The notes beneath the pieces are model-generated. The model made no database searches, was not told the origin of the DNA, and saw only the letters and a list, made by a program, of their open reading frames with translations. The translations under genes and the position numbers were made by a program. A DNA stretch of 64,000 nucleotides, from the NCBI GenBank assembly GCA_046484405.1, contig JAWOIX010000074.1, positions 1,083 to 65,082 on the forward strand. The letters run 5' to 3'. Origin of the DNA: Pelovirga sp. GTDB lineage: Bacteria; Desulfobacterota; Desulfuromonadia; Desulfuromonadales; Geopsychrobacteraceae. Below, in pieces: positions 29,069 through 38,288 of the stretch (its first letter is position 1; each line of letters starts with the position of its first letter).

Positions 29069-29848
29069 TCAGTTGTCTGCTGGAGATAGCCCGCCGTCCT
29101 GCAGACTGCGGATGAAGTCCTGCAACAGACGGACATACTCCGCTGCGTTGACGAACATGATGTCGTTATGGTGGCCGTGGGCAAAGATCTTCAGGGTCTT
29201 CTTGCCGGCCGCCCAGTGGTACAGGCGTTCGGCGTGGCTGACATCCACCAGGCCGTCGTTGCGCGTGTGCATAATCAGCACCGGCCCCCGATAACCGGCG
29301 AGTTTTTCCCGGTGATTCAGCTGCCGTTCGACGGCGGCATCGAATGCCGCGCCGCTCACGCCCAGTTCTGCCGGGTCAACCCGCAGCAGCAAGCGCTCAC
29401 GCACATCGGCGATGGCGCTTTCCAGAATCAGGCCGGCGGCAGCGGGAAACTGCTTGATCGCTTCAAGAGCAAAAATGGCCCCGACACTGCGACCGAAAAA
29501 AATCAGCTCGGCTGCCGGCCGCTGCAGGGCAGCAATGGTGGTGCGCACGTCGCCGAGCATTTTTCCCAGCTGCGGCACGCCCGTCGAACCACCGTAACCG
29601 CGATACTCCGCCAGGAAACAGTTGCAACCGGCCTGTACGACTGCCGCAACAAAAGCCCCGGTCCAATCGTCAACGATCTCTCCGTTCCCATGAAAATGCA
29701 CCAGGGTTTTTGCATGCGGGTCAGTTTCATGATAGCTGCAGGCCAGCTGCACATCGCCGCAATCGACAGTAAAAGGACGGGCCAGGGCACCACGACGGGG
29801 AAAAAAGTAGCGCTGACTGATTAATGGATGATCAAGAAGCTCATTCAT
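29069..29848 (-). CDS. Alpha/beta hydrolase (BEM46/ABHD-like)
   Basis: FHGNGE, EYRGYG, GRSVG nucleophile elbow and HND motifs. Confidence 0.88.
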   Translation of the reverse strand: MNELLDHPLISQRYFFPRRGALARPFTVDCGDVQLACSYHETDPHAKTLVHFHGNGEIVDDWTGAFVAAVVQAGCNCFLAEYRGYGGSTGVPQLGKMLGDVRTTIAALQRPAAELIFFGRSVGAIFALEAIKQFPAAAGLILESAIADVRERLLLRVDPAELGVSGAAFDAAVERQLNHREKLAGYRGPVLIMHTRNDGLVDVSHAERLYHWAAGKKTLKIFAHGHHNDIMFVNAAEYVRLLQDFIRSLQDGGLSPADN

Positions 29849-30154
29849 TGGCACACTCCTTCGGGAAAAAATCGCCGGGCCCTGCTAACGCCGCGACATT
29901 CAGCCGTCAACAAGCTGTTTCAACCACGTCTTTTTTGCTATGATCTGGCCAGGGTTCCGGCGCCGTCCTCATGGATGGCCTCGCAAAAATACAGCAACGA
30001 CCGCGTTGCTGCCATTGCCGCGCTGCTTCGACGTACGTAAGCAGCCATCATTGCTCGACAATTGCGCGCCTGGCAGGTGACGCCCCGGGCTCATGCACCC
30101 TCATTGTAGCAGGTTCTTTCTGATGCAACCTGCGGAAGCGGATATCAAGCAACC

Positions 30155-31735
30155 ATGCGCAGCCCCTGGAGCCTGGCCGACATCCTCGACAGCGAGTTCT
30201 TTTTCAGCCGTGATGAAACCCTGGTTGACGAGGGCCAGTCTCAGGCTATCGAACAGCGTGACCGGGATATCTATCTGGCCCTCCACAGCGCCGCTGATGC
30301 GCCGCCGGCAACGGCCGACCTGGTGCAGCACTGGCTTGCGCACCGGCGCAGCGCCTTTGTCCAGCAGCAGCAGGCGGTCCTGCCCGGGCAGGTCTGGCGG
30401 GAAACCAATACCCTGGCACGCTGGAGTGCGTTCTTCCTCAGCCTGCTCAGCGGCAGCCTCGCCACCGCGGTATTCCTGCGTTATACCGGTGTCGCGCCGG
30501 TCAATGTCTCCGGCTATTTCGCGTTCTTTATCCTGCTGCAACTGTTGCTGCTGCTGTTCCACCTTGGCCTGCTTGGCTACCGCGGCCTGCGCCGCAACGA
30601 CCTGCGCGCATCGCTCCTGCTCAATCTGCTGGCCCGTCTGCTGAGAAAACTCTTCCTGGCGCTCTACCGACGGTCCGCCAGGGGGGCCGGCGGCAAACAG
30701 CGCCTGGACCTGGCCGCCACCTTCGGCAGCCTCAAGATCAGCAGGCAGCTCTACGGTTCACTCTTCCTCTGGCCGGTCTTTGTGCTGCTGCAACTGGGCG
30801 GCGTCGGGTTCAACCTGGGCGTCCTGGCCACGACCCTGGCCAAAGTCAGCTTTTCCGACATTGCCTTCGGCTGGCAATCGACCCTGCCCCTGCCGGAGAC
30901 GCTCCTCGCCGAACTGGTGCGCTGGATCGCCATGCCCTGGTCCTGGCTGGTGCCAGAGCAGCTGGCCTACCCGACCCTGGAGCAGATCAGCGGCAGCAAA
31001 ATCATTCTCAAGGAGGGGATTTATCATCTGACCACCCCGGACTTAACCGCCTGGTGGCCCTTTCTCTGCTTCGGCGTGCTGACCTATGGCCTGCTGCCGC
31101 GCTTGCTGCTGCTGCTCTACGGGAGCACGCGCCAGGCGACAAAATTGCGCCGTTTTTCCTACACCAGTGCCAACTTCCGGCAACTGCGCCGGCGTATGCT
31201 CAAACCCGTGATAGAGACCGCGGCCAGCCATAGGATACCCCCGGTCTCGCCGCCACCGGCGTCCACCACACCGGTACGAGGGAGCCATCCGCAGCTGGCA
31301 CCGGGCCCGGACAGCCGCGGCTGGTTGCTGCTGATCCCCGATGAACTCTGGGACGACTGTCCAGTCCCCCTGCTCGCCCCCCATGTGCAGTCGGCCGCCA
31401 CCGAGCCACTGGTGCCTCTGCGTTACGGCGCCGTCACCCAGGGCCGGGAAGCCCTGTTTGCCGAGCTTGCCAGGGAATTCCGTGAGCGGAACCTCGCCGG
31501 GATTCTCCTGCTGCAGGAGGCCTGGCAACCACCGATTCGGGAGATCATCGATTTTCTGCGACAGTTGCGCCGCCACGGCACTCCAACGCTGCCCCTGGCC
31601 GTTGCCCTGATCGGCAAACCACACGCGGACCGGCTGCTGACACCGGTACGCGACGGGGATCTGCAGATCTGGTTGAAAACCACGAAAACCCTCGCCGACC
31701 CGTACCTTGAGGTCTTTGCCCTGGTGAAACACTGA
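30155..31735 (+). CDS. DUF2868 family membrane protein
   Basis: PVNV, FGWQSTL, WWPFL...YGLLPRLLL and EAWQPP motifs; coupled to the downstream GTPase. Confidence 0.75.
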   Translation: MRSPWSLADILDSEFFFSRDETLVDEGQSQAIEQRDRDIYLALHSAADAPPATADLVQHWLAHRRSAFVQQQQAVLPGQVWRETNTLARWSAFFLSLLSGSLATAVFLRYTGVAPVNVSGYFAFFILLQLLLLLFHLGLLGYRGLRRNDLRASLLLNLLARLLRKLFLALYRRSARGAGGKQRLDLAATFGSLKISRQLYGSLFLWPVFVLLQLGGVGFNLGVLATTLAKVSFSDIAFGWQSTLPLPETLLAELVRWIAMPWSWLVPEQLAYPTLEQISGSKIILKEGIYHLTTPDLTAWWPFLCFGVLTYGLLPRLLLLLYGSTRQATKLRRFSYTSANFRQLRRRMLKPVIETAASHRIPPVSPPPASTTPVRGSHPQLAPGPDSRGWLLLIPDELWDDCPVPLLAPHVQSAATEPLVPLRYGAVTQGREALFAELAREFRERNLAGILLLQEAWQPPIREIIDFLRQLRRHGTPTLPLAVALIGKPHADRLLTPVRDGDLQIWLKTTKTLADPYLEVFALVKH

Positions 31736-33192
31736 TGTCCGCACGCGTTCCGACTTTTGCCATCATCGGCCACCCCAACGAGGGGAAATCCTCGGTCCTC
31801 TCAACCCTGGCCGAGGACGACCGGGTACGGATCAGTCCGGTCCCCGGGGAGACCACGGACCTGCAGGCCTTCCCGGTGGTCATTGACCACCAGGAGGTGA
31901 TCCGCTTTATCGATACGCCGGGATTTCAGAATCCGCGCCAGACCCTCGCCTGGCTGCAGGCGTACCAGGGGCCGCCGGCACAGATGCTGAGCGCGTTCAT
32001 TGCCAGCCATCGCAATAACCCGGAATTTCGGGATGATTGTCTCCTCCTCACGCCGGTGGCGGACGGCGCCGGGGTCATCTTCGTCGTTGACGGATCGCGA
32101 CCGGTGCGCAATGTCGATCGCATGGAAATGGAAATCCTCCGTCTCAGCGGGGCACCGCGCATGGCGGTGATCAACAGCAAGGGCGACGACAGCCCTTACC
32201 TGGCCAGTTGGCAAAGCGATTTCCGCCAGCATTTCAATGCGATCCGTACGTTCAACTCGTGCCGGGCCACTTATGCCGAACGGCTTGAGCTGCTCGAGAG
32301 TCTGAAATCAATAGACCAGCAGCTCGAGCCGGTGCTACGGACCGTCATCGCGACCTTTCAGGCCGACTGGCAAAGCCGCAATCAGCGGACCGCCGAACTG
32401 ATTGTCGCCTTGCTCACAAGCGTTCTTGATTACCGTACCACCGCAGCCATTGACGACCGCACCGGTGAAGAGGAGCTCAAGGAGAAACTCCTGCAGGAGT
32501 ACATGGCCTATGTCAGCAACATGGAAAAACGCACCCGGCAGTCGATCCGGGCCCTCTACAAGCATAATATTTTTGATCTCGACCTGCCCCGCCATTCCAT
32601 CCTCAAGGCCGACCTGTTCAGCCACAGAACCTGGGAATTTCTCGGTTTGACCGACAAGCAGCTGATCGTCGCCGGCGCACTTGGCGGGGCCACCCTCGGC
32701 GCCGGCCTTGACCTGGCGGCCGGCGGGGTAAGTTTCGGCGTGTTTTCCGCCATCGGCGGACTCATCGGCGCTGCCGGCACCCTGCTCAAGGGCAAGTCGT
32801 TCATCGATCGCTTCAACCTGCTTGGTTTGAAGTTCGGTGCCGAGCAGGTCCAGGTCGGCCCGGCAAGCAATATTCAACTGCTCTTTATCCTTCTTGATCG
32901 CAGCCTGCTGTTCTATTCACATATCATCAACTGGGCCCACGGGCGGCGCGACTATGAACGGGATCTTCTGCTGGACCAGCAGGATGGTGCCAAGGAGGGA
33001 TTTACCAGTCGCTGGAGCAGTGAGCAGCGCAACGTCTGCAGTCAATTCTTCCAGGCGCTGCAAAAGCAGGATCACGAGGCCATCCAGCGTCACACCGCCC
33101 GCCTCCACGAAATCCTCATGCTGCAGCTCCGGCAGATTGCCCGGGATGACCAGGCGGCAGCGGCCCCTCACCCGCCCCGGCGCATCAGCTGA
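31735..33192 (+). CDS. P-loop GTPase with DUF3482 domain
   Basis: GHPNEGKSS (G1), PGET (G2), DTPG (G3), INSK; Gly-rich hydrophobic GALGGATLGAGLDLAAGG segment; HGRR. Confidence 0.82.
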   Translation: MSARVPTFAIIGHPNEGKSSVLSTLAEDDRVRISPVPGETTDLQAFPVVIDHQEVIRFIDTPGFQNPRQTLAWLQAYQGPPAQMLSAFIASHRNNPEFRDDCLLLTPVADGAGVIFVVDGSRPVRNVDRMEMEILRLSGAPRMAVINSKGDDSPYLASWQSDFRQHFNAIRTFNSCRATYAERLELLESLKSIDQQLEPVLRTVIATFQADWQSRNQRTAELIVALLTSVLDYRTTAAIDDRTGEEELKEKLLQEYMAYVSNMEKRTRQSIRALYKHNIFDLDLPRHSILKADLFSHRTWEFLGLTDKQLIVAGALGGATLGAGLDLAAGGVSFGVFSAIGGLIGAAGTLLKGKSFIDRFNLLGLKFGAEQVQVGPASNIQLLFILLDRSLLFYSHIINWAHGRRDYERDLLLDQQDGAKEGFTSRWSSEQRNVCSQFFQALQKQDHEAIQRHTARLHEILMLQLRQIARDDQAAAAPHPPRRIS

Positions 33193-34607
33193 TAGGCATC
33201 CAGGGCCCGTTGCCGCGAGCTTTTCAGATCGACAATCGGCACGGGATAATCCTTCCCGAGGCGGAGGTTCGCCTGGTCCAGGACCACCGTCGGGGCGGTC
33301 CAGGGAGCATGCACATAGCGATCGGGCAACCCCTGCAGTTCCGGGACAAAGCGCCGCACATAATGCCCCCGTGGATCGAAACGTTCCCCTTGTGTGACCG
33401 GGTTGAAGATGCGGAAATAGGGTGCTGCATCGGCGCCGCAGCCGGCGACCCACTGCCAGCTGGCGCTGTTGCTGGCGAGATCGGCATCAACCAGGCAATC
33501 CCAGAACCAGCGTTCGCCCTGCCGCCAGTGCAGCAGTTGATTCTTCACCAGGAACGACCCGACCACCATCCTGACGCGGTTATGCATGAAGCCGGTTTGC
33601 CACAGTTCGCGCAGCCCGGCATCGACCAGGGGATAGCCGGTTTCACCACGCTGCCAGCTGCGCAGTCCGTCGCCGTCATCAATCCAGGGAAAGCGGTCAA
33701 ACTCGGCGCGCAGTGGCCTGGTCGGCAAGGTCGGTTCATGAAAGAGCTGGTAATAGGAGAATTCGCGCCACCCCAGTTCCGTCAGAAAGTGTTCCAGATC
33801 GGCACCCGGGAGCTCTCCATCCCCTGCCTGCCGGGCCGCGTACCAGACCTGCTGTGGCGATATCTCGCCGAAATGCAGATGGGCCGAGAGCCGGGAGATG
33901 TTCTCGCCGGCAGGATAGTCACGGCCCTGGCGGTACCCCGCCAGACCGCGCTGAAGAAAGTCATTGAGCCGGCTCCGGGCTCCCGCCTCGCCCGGCTGCC
34001 AGTGCGGCTCCAGCTGCCGGTGCCAGGGATGCTGCGGCAGCAGCTGCAGATCGTTCAGCGTGCATTCCTGCGGCATTCTGCCGCCCTGGTGGCAACGCAG
34101 CAGCGGTACGCCGTCCACTGGCGGCCGCGGCGCCATGCGCCCGAGGCAGCCCTTGCGAAAATACGGGGTAAACACGCGGTACGGTGTACCGTCCTGCTTC
34201 AGCACCTCCCAGGGCTCCCACAGGAGCGCGCTGTTGCTGCTGTGGACTTCAATGCCCCGCGACTGGAGGCGTTCCTTGATCCGCGCATCCCGGCTGATCC
34301 GCCAGGGTTCGTAGCAACGGTTCCAGTACACGCCGCCGGCACCGAGCTGGTCAACCAGCGCGCCAAGGATCTCTTCGGCCGATCCGCGAAACAGGTGCAG
34401 CTGCCCGGCCAGGGCCCGATCCAGGGCGGCAAGGGACTGGTGCAGCCACCAGCGACTGGCCCCGCCCATGCGCCAGCATCCGGCACTGTCGTCATCGAGA
34501 ATATAAATCGGGAAGATGTCACCGCGCCGCGCGGCTTGCGCCAGGGCCGGGTTGTCAGACAGGCGCAGGTCCTGGCGAAACCAGAGGATCGAGGGGGCGG
34601 TGCTCAT
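33168..34607 (-). CDS. phrB: Class I CPD DNA photolyase
   Basis: WFRQDLRLSDNPAL, SRLSAHLHFGEISP, WQRGETGYPLVDAG, MHNRVRM and DAAPYFRIFNP motifs. Confidence 0.95.
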   Translation of the reverse strand: MSTAPSILWFRQDLRLSDNPALAQAARRGDIFPIYILDDDSAGCWRMGGASRWWLHQSLAALDRALAGQLHLFRGSAEEILGALVDQLGAGGVYWNRCYEPWRISRDARIKERLQSRGIEVHSSNSALLWEPWEVLKQDGTPYRVFTPYFRKGCLGRMAPRPPVDGVPLLRCHQGGRMPQECTLNDLQLLPQHPWHRQLEPHWQPGEAGARSRLNDFLQRGLAGYRQGRDYPAGENISRLSAHLHFGEISPQQVWYAARQAGDGELPGADLEHFLTELGWREFSYYQLFHEPTLPTRPLRAEFDRFPWIDDGDGLRSWQRGETGYPLVDAGLRELWQTGFMHNRVRMVVGSFLVKNQLLHWRQGERWFWDCLVDADLASNSASWQWVAGCGADAAPYFRIFNPVTQGERFDPRGHYVRRFVPELQGLPDRYVHAPWTAPTVVLDQANLRLGKDYPVPIVDLKSSRQRALDAYQLMRRGG

Positions 34608-34652
34608 CGGTGACTCCAATGTTTGGAACGGAGCAGAAGGGACAACAAGTCG

Positions 34653-34684
34653 TTGACATTCGAATTATTGAATATTACGATGTC
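34653..34684 (+). promoter_or_regulatory. Near-consensus sigma70 promoter overlapped by an imperfect palindrome
   Basis: TTGACA-17 nt-TACGAT; dyad GACATTCGAATTATT-GAATATTACGATGTC. Confidence 0.55.
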
Positions 34685-34743
34685 TGAATAATTTTCACCG
34701 GCCCGGCAACCGGCCAGATACCACAATAACAGAGGATATTATC

Positions 34744-35181
34744 ATGACAGATGTATCAATTTACCGGAACACCTCGAACAAGCCTTTTGATCTTTTTGTC
34801 GAGGATCTCAAAAAGGCCGTGATCGCCGCAGGATTCAGCGTCCATCACCTCGACAAGGCGGATCTGGTGGCATTCTACCGTGACCAGGGCATTGCCATGC
34901 CCGATAATTACCGTCATCTGATGATCCAGATGTGCAAACCGGTCAACTCGGGGAAATCCCTGCCGGCCAACCCCGAACGCAGCGTGTTTGTACAGAAATT
35001 TTTCTCGGTTTACAGTCGCGGGGGGCAGACGGAAATCAGGTTCCTGATCTATTCCCCCCGGCTCATTGGGGATCTGCTCGGCCACAACGCGTTCAGCGAT
35101 GGTCCTTCCGATGATGACTTTGCCCAGAACATGACCAATGCCTTTGCGGCAATGGCGAAGATCGCTGATTCGGTCGTTTAG
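34744..35181 (+). CDS. DUF302-like small soluble protein
   Basis: KPFDLFVEDLKKAVIAAGFSV...IQMCKP pattern; AGAGG RBS. Confidence 0.6.
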   Translation: MTDVSIYRNTSNKPFDLFVEDLKKAVIAAGFSVHHLDKADLVAFYRDQGIAMPDNYRHLMIQMCKPVNSGKSLPANPERSVFVQKFFSVYSRGGQTEIRFLIYSPRLIGDLLGHNAFSDGPSDDDFAQNMTNAFAAMAKIADSVV

Positions 35182-35208
35182 AAACACCGCCGGCCCGGCG
35201 CGCGGCCA

Positions 35209-36189
35209 TCAGCCACTGCAGCGGTCACGGTCATGAGGGCGGTTGTAATCCAGCAGGGGGCCCTTGGGAATGATGCCGCTGGGATTGATCTGACGGTGGC
35301 TGGCGTAGTAGTGCGTTTTGATTTCGTCAAAATCGACGGTGGCGGCGATACCCGGCAGCTGATAGAGATCGCGCAGGTAGTTTGACAGGTTCGGGTAGTC
35401 CTCGATCCGCTGGCGATTGGTTTTGAAATGACCAACGTAGACGGCATCAAAACGGATCAGGGTGGTGAAAAGACGCCAATCCGCCTCGCTGGGCATCGCC
35501 CCGGTCAGGTAACGGCGGTCTTCAAGCCGCGCCTCGAGTGCGTCCAGGGTCGCGAACAACTCATCATAGGCCCTCTCGTAGGCCGCAGCACTGGTGGCGA
35601 ATCCGGCCCGGTAGACAGCGTTGTTGACCCCCTGATATATCCAGCGGTTGAGGCGGTCGATCTCGGCGCGCTGGGGCGCAGGGTAGTAATCAGGTGACGG
35701 GGGCACCAGCCCGTCAAAGGCGCTGTTGAACATGCGGATGATCTCCGCCGATTCATTGTTGACAATGGTGTCCCGTTCACAGTCCCAGAGAACCGGCACC
35801 GTCACCCGGCCGCTGTAGTCGGGACGGGCGTGCAGGTAGAGCTCATAGAGGTAGGTCAGTCCCTTGACCGGACTGGTCAGCGCGGCATCCGCGGCCATCT
35901 CCCAGCCATGCTCAAGCATCAGCGGCTTGACCCGGGTGACCCCGATGAGATTCTGCAACCCTTTCAGCTGTCGCAGGATCAGGGTCCGGTGGGCCCAGGG
36001 ACAGGCCCGCGAGACGAACAGGTGGTAGCGGCCGGCCGCTGCCGGAAAGCCCCCCGCGCCGCTGTCACCGGGGCTGCCGTCCGCGGTGATCCAGTGACGA
36101 AACTGGGATTCCGTGCGCACAAATTCCCCTTTGGTTTTGTCCGTATCGTACCAGGTATCGTGCCAGCGTCCATCTACCAACAGGCCCAT
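35209..36189 (-). CDS. yqjG: Glutathionyl-hydroquinone reductase (GST omega/Xi class)
   Basis: MGLLVDGRW, ACPWAHR, RVTVPVLWD, NNESAEI, RFDAVYVGHFK and INPSGIIPKGP motifs. Confidence 0.92.
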   Translation of the reverse strand: MGLLVDGRWHDTWYDTDKTKGEFVRTESQFRHWITADGSPGDSGAGGFPAAAGRYHLFVSRACPWAHRTLILRQLKGLQNLIGVTRVKPLMLEHGWEMAADAALTSPVKGLTYLYELYLHARPDYSGRVTVPVLWDCERDTIVNNESAEIIRMFNSAFDGLVPPSPDYYPAPQRAEIDRLNRWIYQGVNNAVYRAGFATSAAAYERAYDELFATLDALEARLEDRRYLTGAMPSEADWRLFTTLIRFDAVYVGHFKTNRQRIEDYPNLSNYLRDLYQLPGIAATVDFDEIKTHYYASHRQINPSGIIPKGPLLDYNRPHDRDRCSG

Positions 36190-36341
36190 CTGCATCTCCT
36201 TTCCCGGCATCTGCTCCAGCCGTTTCCTCCTGAGCATAACATAAGCGGGGGAATCGCTGCCGCGGATGGTTGCTCCGGGCACCCGGTCTGTACTACTCTG
36301 CAACATTCAAGTCGGGACAGTCAGGCCACCCGGGGGAGATC

Positions 36342-36746
36342 ATGAAACGAGGGGAAAACCGTATTGTGCGCCAGCGATTGCTGCGCTGGATTCTGCTCGG
36401 TAGCGGGTTTCTCTGCGTCGCGTTGGGAACGCTGGGGATTTTTCTGCCGGTGTTGCCGACGGTGCCATTCCTGCTTCTGGCGGCCGCCTGTTTTGCCCGC
36501 AGCTCTGAACGGTTTCACAACTGGCTGCTGGAGCATCCGCACCTGGGGCCGATTCTCCACGCCTATCTCGATGGGCAGGGCATTCCCCTGCGGGCGAAAA
36601 TCTCGGCGCTGGTCCTGCTCTGGATTTCGATTCCCGTGTCTGTCTTCTTCTTTATCCCCCTGCTCTGGATCCAGATTCTCCTGATCGGCATCGGCCTTGC
36701 GGTGTCGGTCCACCTGCTGCGGCTGCCGTTGCGGCCGAATGACTAG
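36342..36746 (+). CDS. ybaN: YbaN/DUF454 inner membrane protein
   Basis: GIFLPVLPTVPFLLLAAACFARSS and GIPLRAK motifs. Confidence 0.9.
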   Translation: MKRGENRIVRQRLLRWILLGSGFLCVALGTLGIFLPVLPTVPFLLLAAACFARSSERFHNWLLEHPHLGPILHAYLDGQGIPLRAKISALVLLWISIPVSVFFFIPLLWIQILLIGIGLAVSVHLLRLPLRPND

Positions 36747-36869
36747 TGCGCGATAAGCAGAAGCGCGGCAAGCACATCACAGCGGTGCCCGCCGGGAAAC
36801 CGGAAAAAACCGCTGCCGACCTGTCCACGACCTTGTCGGGCGCGGTGGCCGCTGACAGGTCGCGTTGCG

Positions 36870-37055
36870 TCAGTCGAAGCAGTCGCTGCGGTACATCATT
36901 GCCAGCCGGCCACGACTGGCGAGACAGTCCGCACAGACCTTGCCGGCATCTCCATACTCCTGCTCGGCAAGATGCTGTCCCGCCAATTGGGCCGGTTCCG
37001 TGAGCGCCTGGTGCGGGTCAAAGAGGTGCCCGCAGAGAAGACATGTTTCTCTCAT
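36870..37055 (-). CDS. Small CxxC...CxxC protein (61 aa) translationally coupled to hemH
   Basis: ATGA overlap with the hemH stop; CLLC and CADC motifs, LASRGRLAMMY. Confidence 0.65.
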   Translation of the reverse strand: MRETCLLCGHLFDPHQALTEPAQLAGQHLAEQEYGDAGKVCADCLASRGRLAMMYRSDCFD

Positions 37056-38020
37056 CCGGCGTGCGATCGGACCAGCGCCGCCATGGCATCGAGAAAATCG
37101 GGGTGATCGTTGAGGGACGGAGCACGGCAGAAGTGGACAATTCCCGCTGCGACTGCCAGCTCGCGGTATTCCATATCGATTTCTTCGAGGGTTTCAATAT
37201 GGTCGGAAACGAAGGAGATGGGCACCATCAGCAGGGCCTTATGTCCGGCGGCGGCAAGGCCTTTGATCGCATCTTCGGTCCCCGGCTCCATCCACTTCAC
37301 CGGTCCGCTGCGGCTCTGATAGGCGATCGACCAGGAATAATTTCCAACGCGGTCCATCACTCCCCGGGCCGTGGCTTCGACCTGCTGCTGGTAGGGATCG
37401 CCGCGATCGATGAATTTCTGTGGCAGGGCGTGGGCGGAAAAGAGAATCTGCACATCGTCACGCAGCAGATCGTGAAAGGTCTCGAGGCCTGCGTCAACCC
37501 GGCCGGCCAGAGCCTCGAGGTAGGGGGGCCAGTCAAACCACTGCTCAATCACCCGATACTTGAGGTCCGGGTGGATCTGCGCCGCCATGCGTTTGAAATC
37601 ATTGACGCTGCTGCCGGTCGTCGCGCCGGTATAGTGCGGGTACATGGAGAGCACCGTCGCCTGGTTGATCCCGGCAGCGCGCAACCCCTCCAGCACCGGC
37701 GCAGCACGGGGGTGCCAGTAGCGCATCACCACACAGGGGATCACCTGCTCCCCGAGCCGGGCGGCGATCCCCTGCGCCTGCTTCTGGGTCCAGTCAAGCA
37801 ACGGTGAGCGGCCGCCGATGGCGCGGTAATTCTCAACCACCTTTTTCGCGCGGAAGTAGGAAATCATCCGGGCAAACGGCTTCTGCAGCAGCGCGCCGGC
37901 CGGCAACTGGATCAGCTCACGGTCAGAAAACAGGTTGTAGAGAAAGGGACGTACCGCCTCCAGGGAATCGGGACCACCCATGTTCAGCAAAATCAATGCT
38001 TCCTGCCGCGTTTCCGACAT
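37052..38020 (-). CDS. hemH: Ferrochelatase
   Basis: LLNMGGP, GGRSPL, MRYWHP, FSAHALP, YQSRSGPVKW and FVSDHIETLEEID motifs. Confidence 0.96.
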   Translation of the reverse strand: MSETRQEALILLNMGGPDSLEAVRPFLYNLFSDRELIQLPAGALLQKPFARMISYFRAKKVVENYRAIGGRSPLLDWTQKQAQGIAARLGEQVIPCVVMRYWHPRAAPVLEGLRAAGINQATVLSMYPHYTGATTGSSVNDFKRMAAQIHPDLKYRVIEQWFDWPPYLEALAGRVDAGLETFHDLLRDDVQILFSAHALPQKFIDRGDPYQQQVEATARGVMDRVGNYSWSIAYQSRSGPVKWMEPGTEDAIKGLAAAGHKALLMVPISFVSDHIETLEEIDMEYRELAVAAGIVHFCRAPSLNDHPDFLDAMAALVRSHAG

Positions 38021-38288
38021 CTTGTTAAAACCTCCCCTTTATGCCAAACAGCCTCCTGCATTCCGCACGGGAACAAAAGAGGCTGTGCCGGTCGAACTTC
38101 CGCGGCAGGCTGTTGACGTCTTGTCTGTGGCGGCACCGCGACGCTGACAGCGGCGCAAACAGCACCCTGCGCCATTGCAGAGCGCCCTGTGTCAGCAGGT
38201 TTCAGCGGGCATGTCCTGCCTTGCCGCCAGTGGACCCGCGCGCCGGCAACCCGGAGGTTGCGAGTCCGGCGGCAGGCACCAGGAATCG

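Noticed and set aside
33210-34613. 467-aa plus-strand ORF, and similar long ORFs such as 15700-16932, 27446-28810, 38175-39332, 40948-42162 and 10956-12206
   Set aside because: Antisense shadows of well-supported genes in GC-rich DNA; no recognisable motifs or RBS.
38021-38288. 270-nt gap between hemE and hemH as a possible gene remnant
   Set aside because: No recognisable coding similarity or RNA motif by eye.
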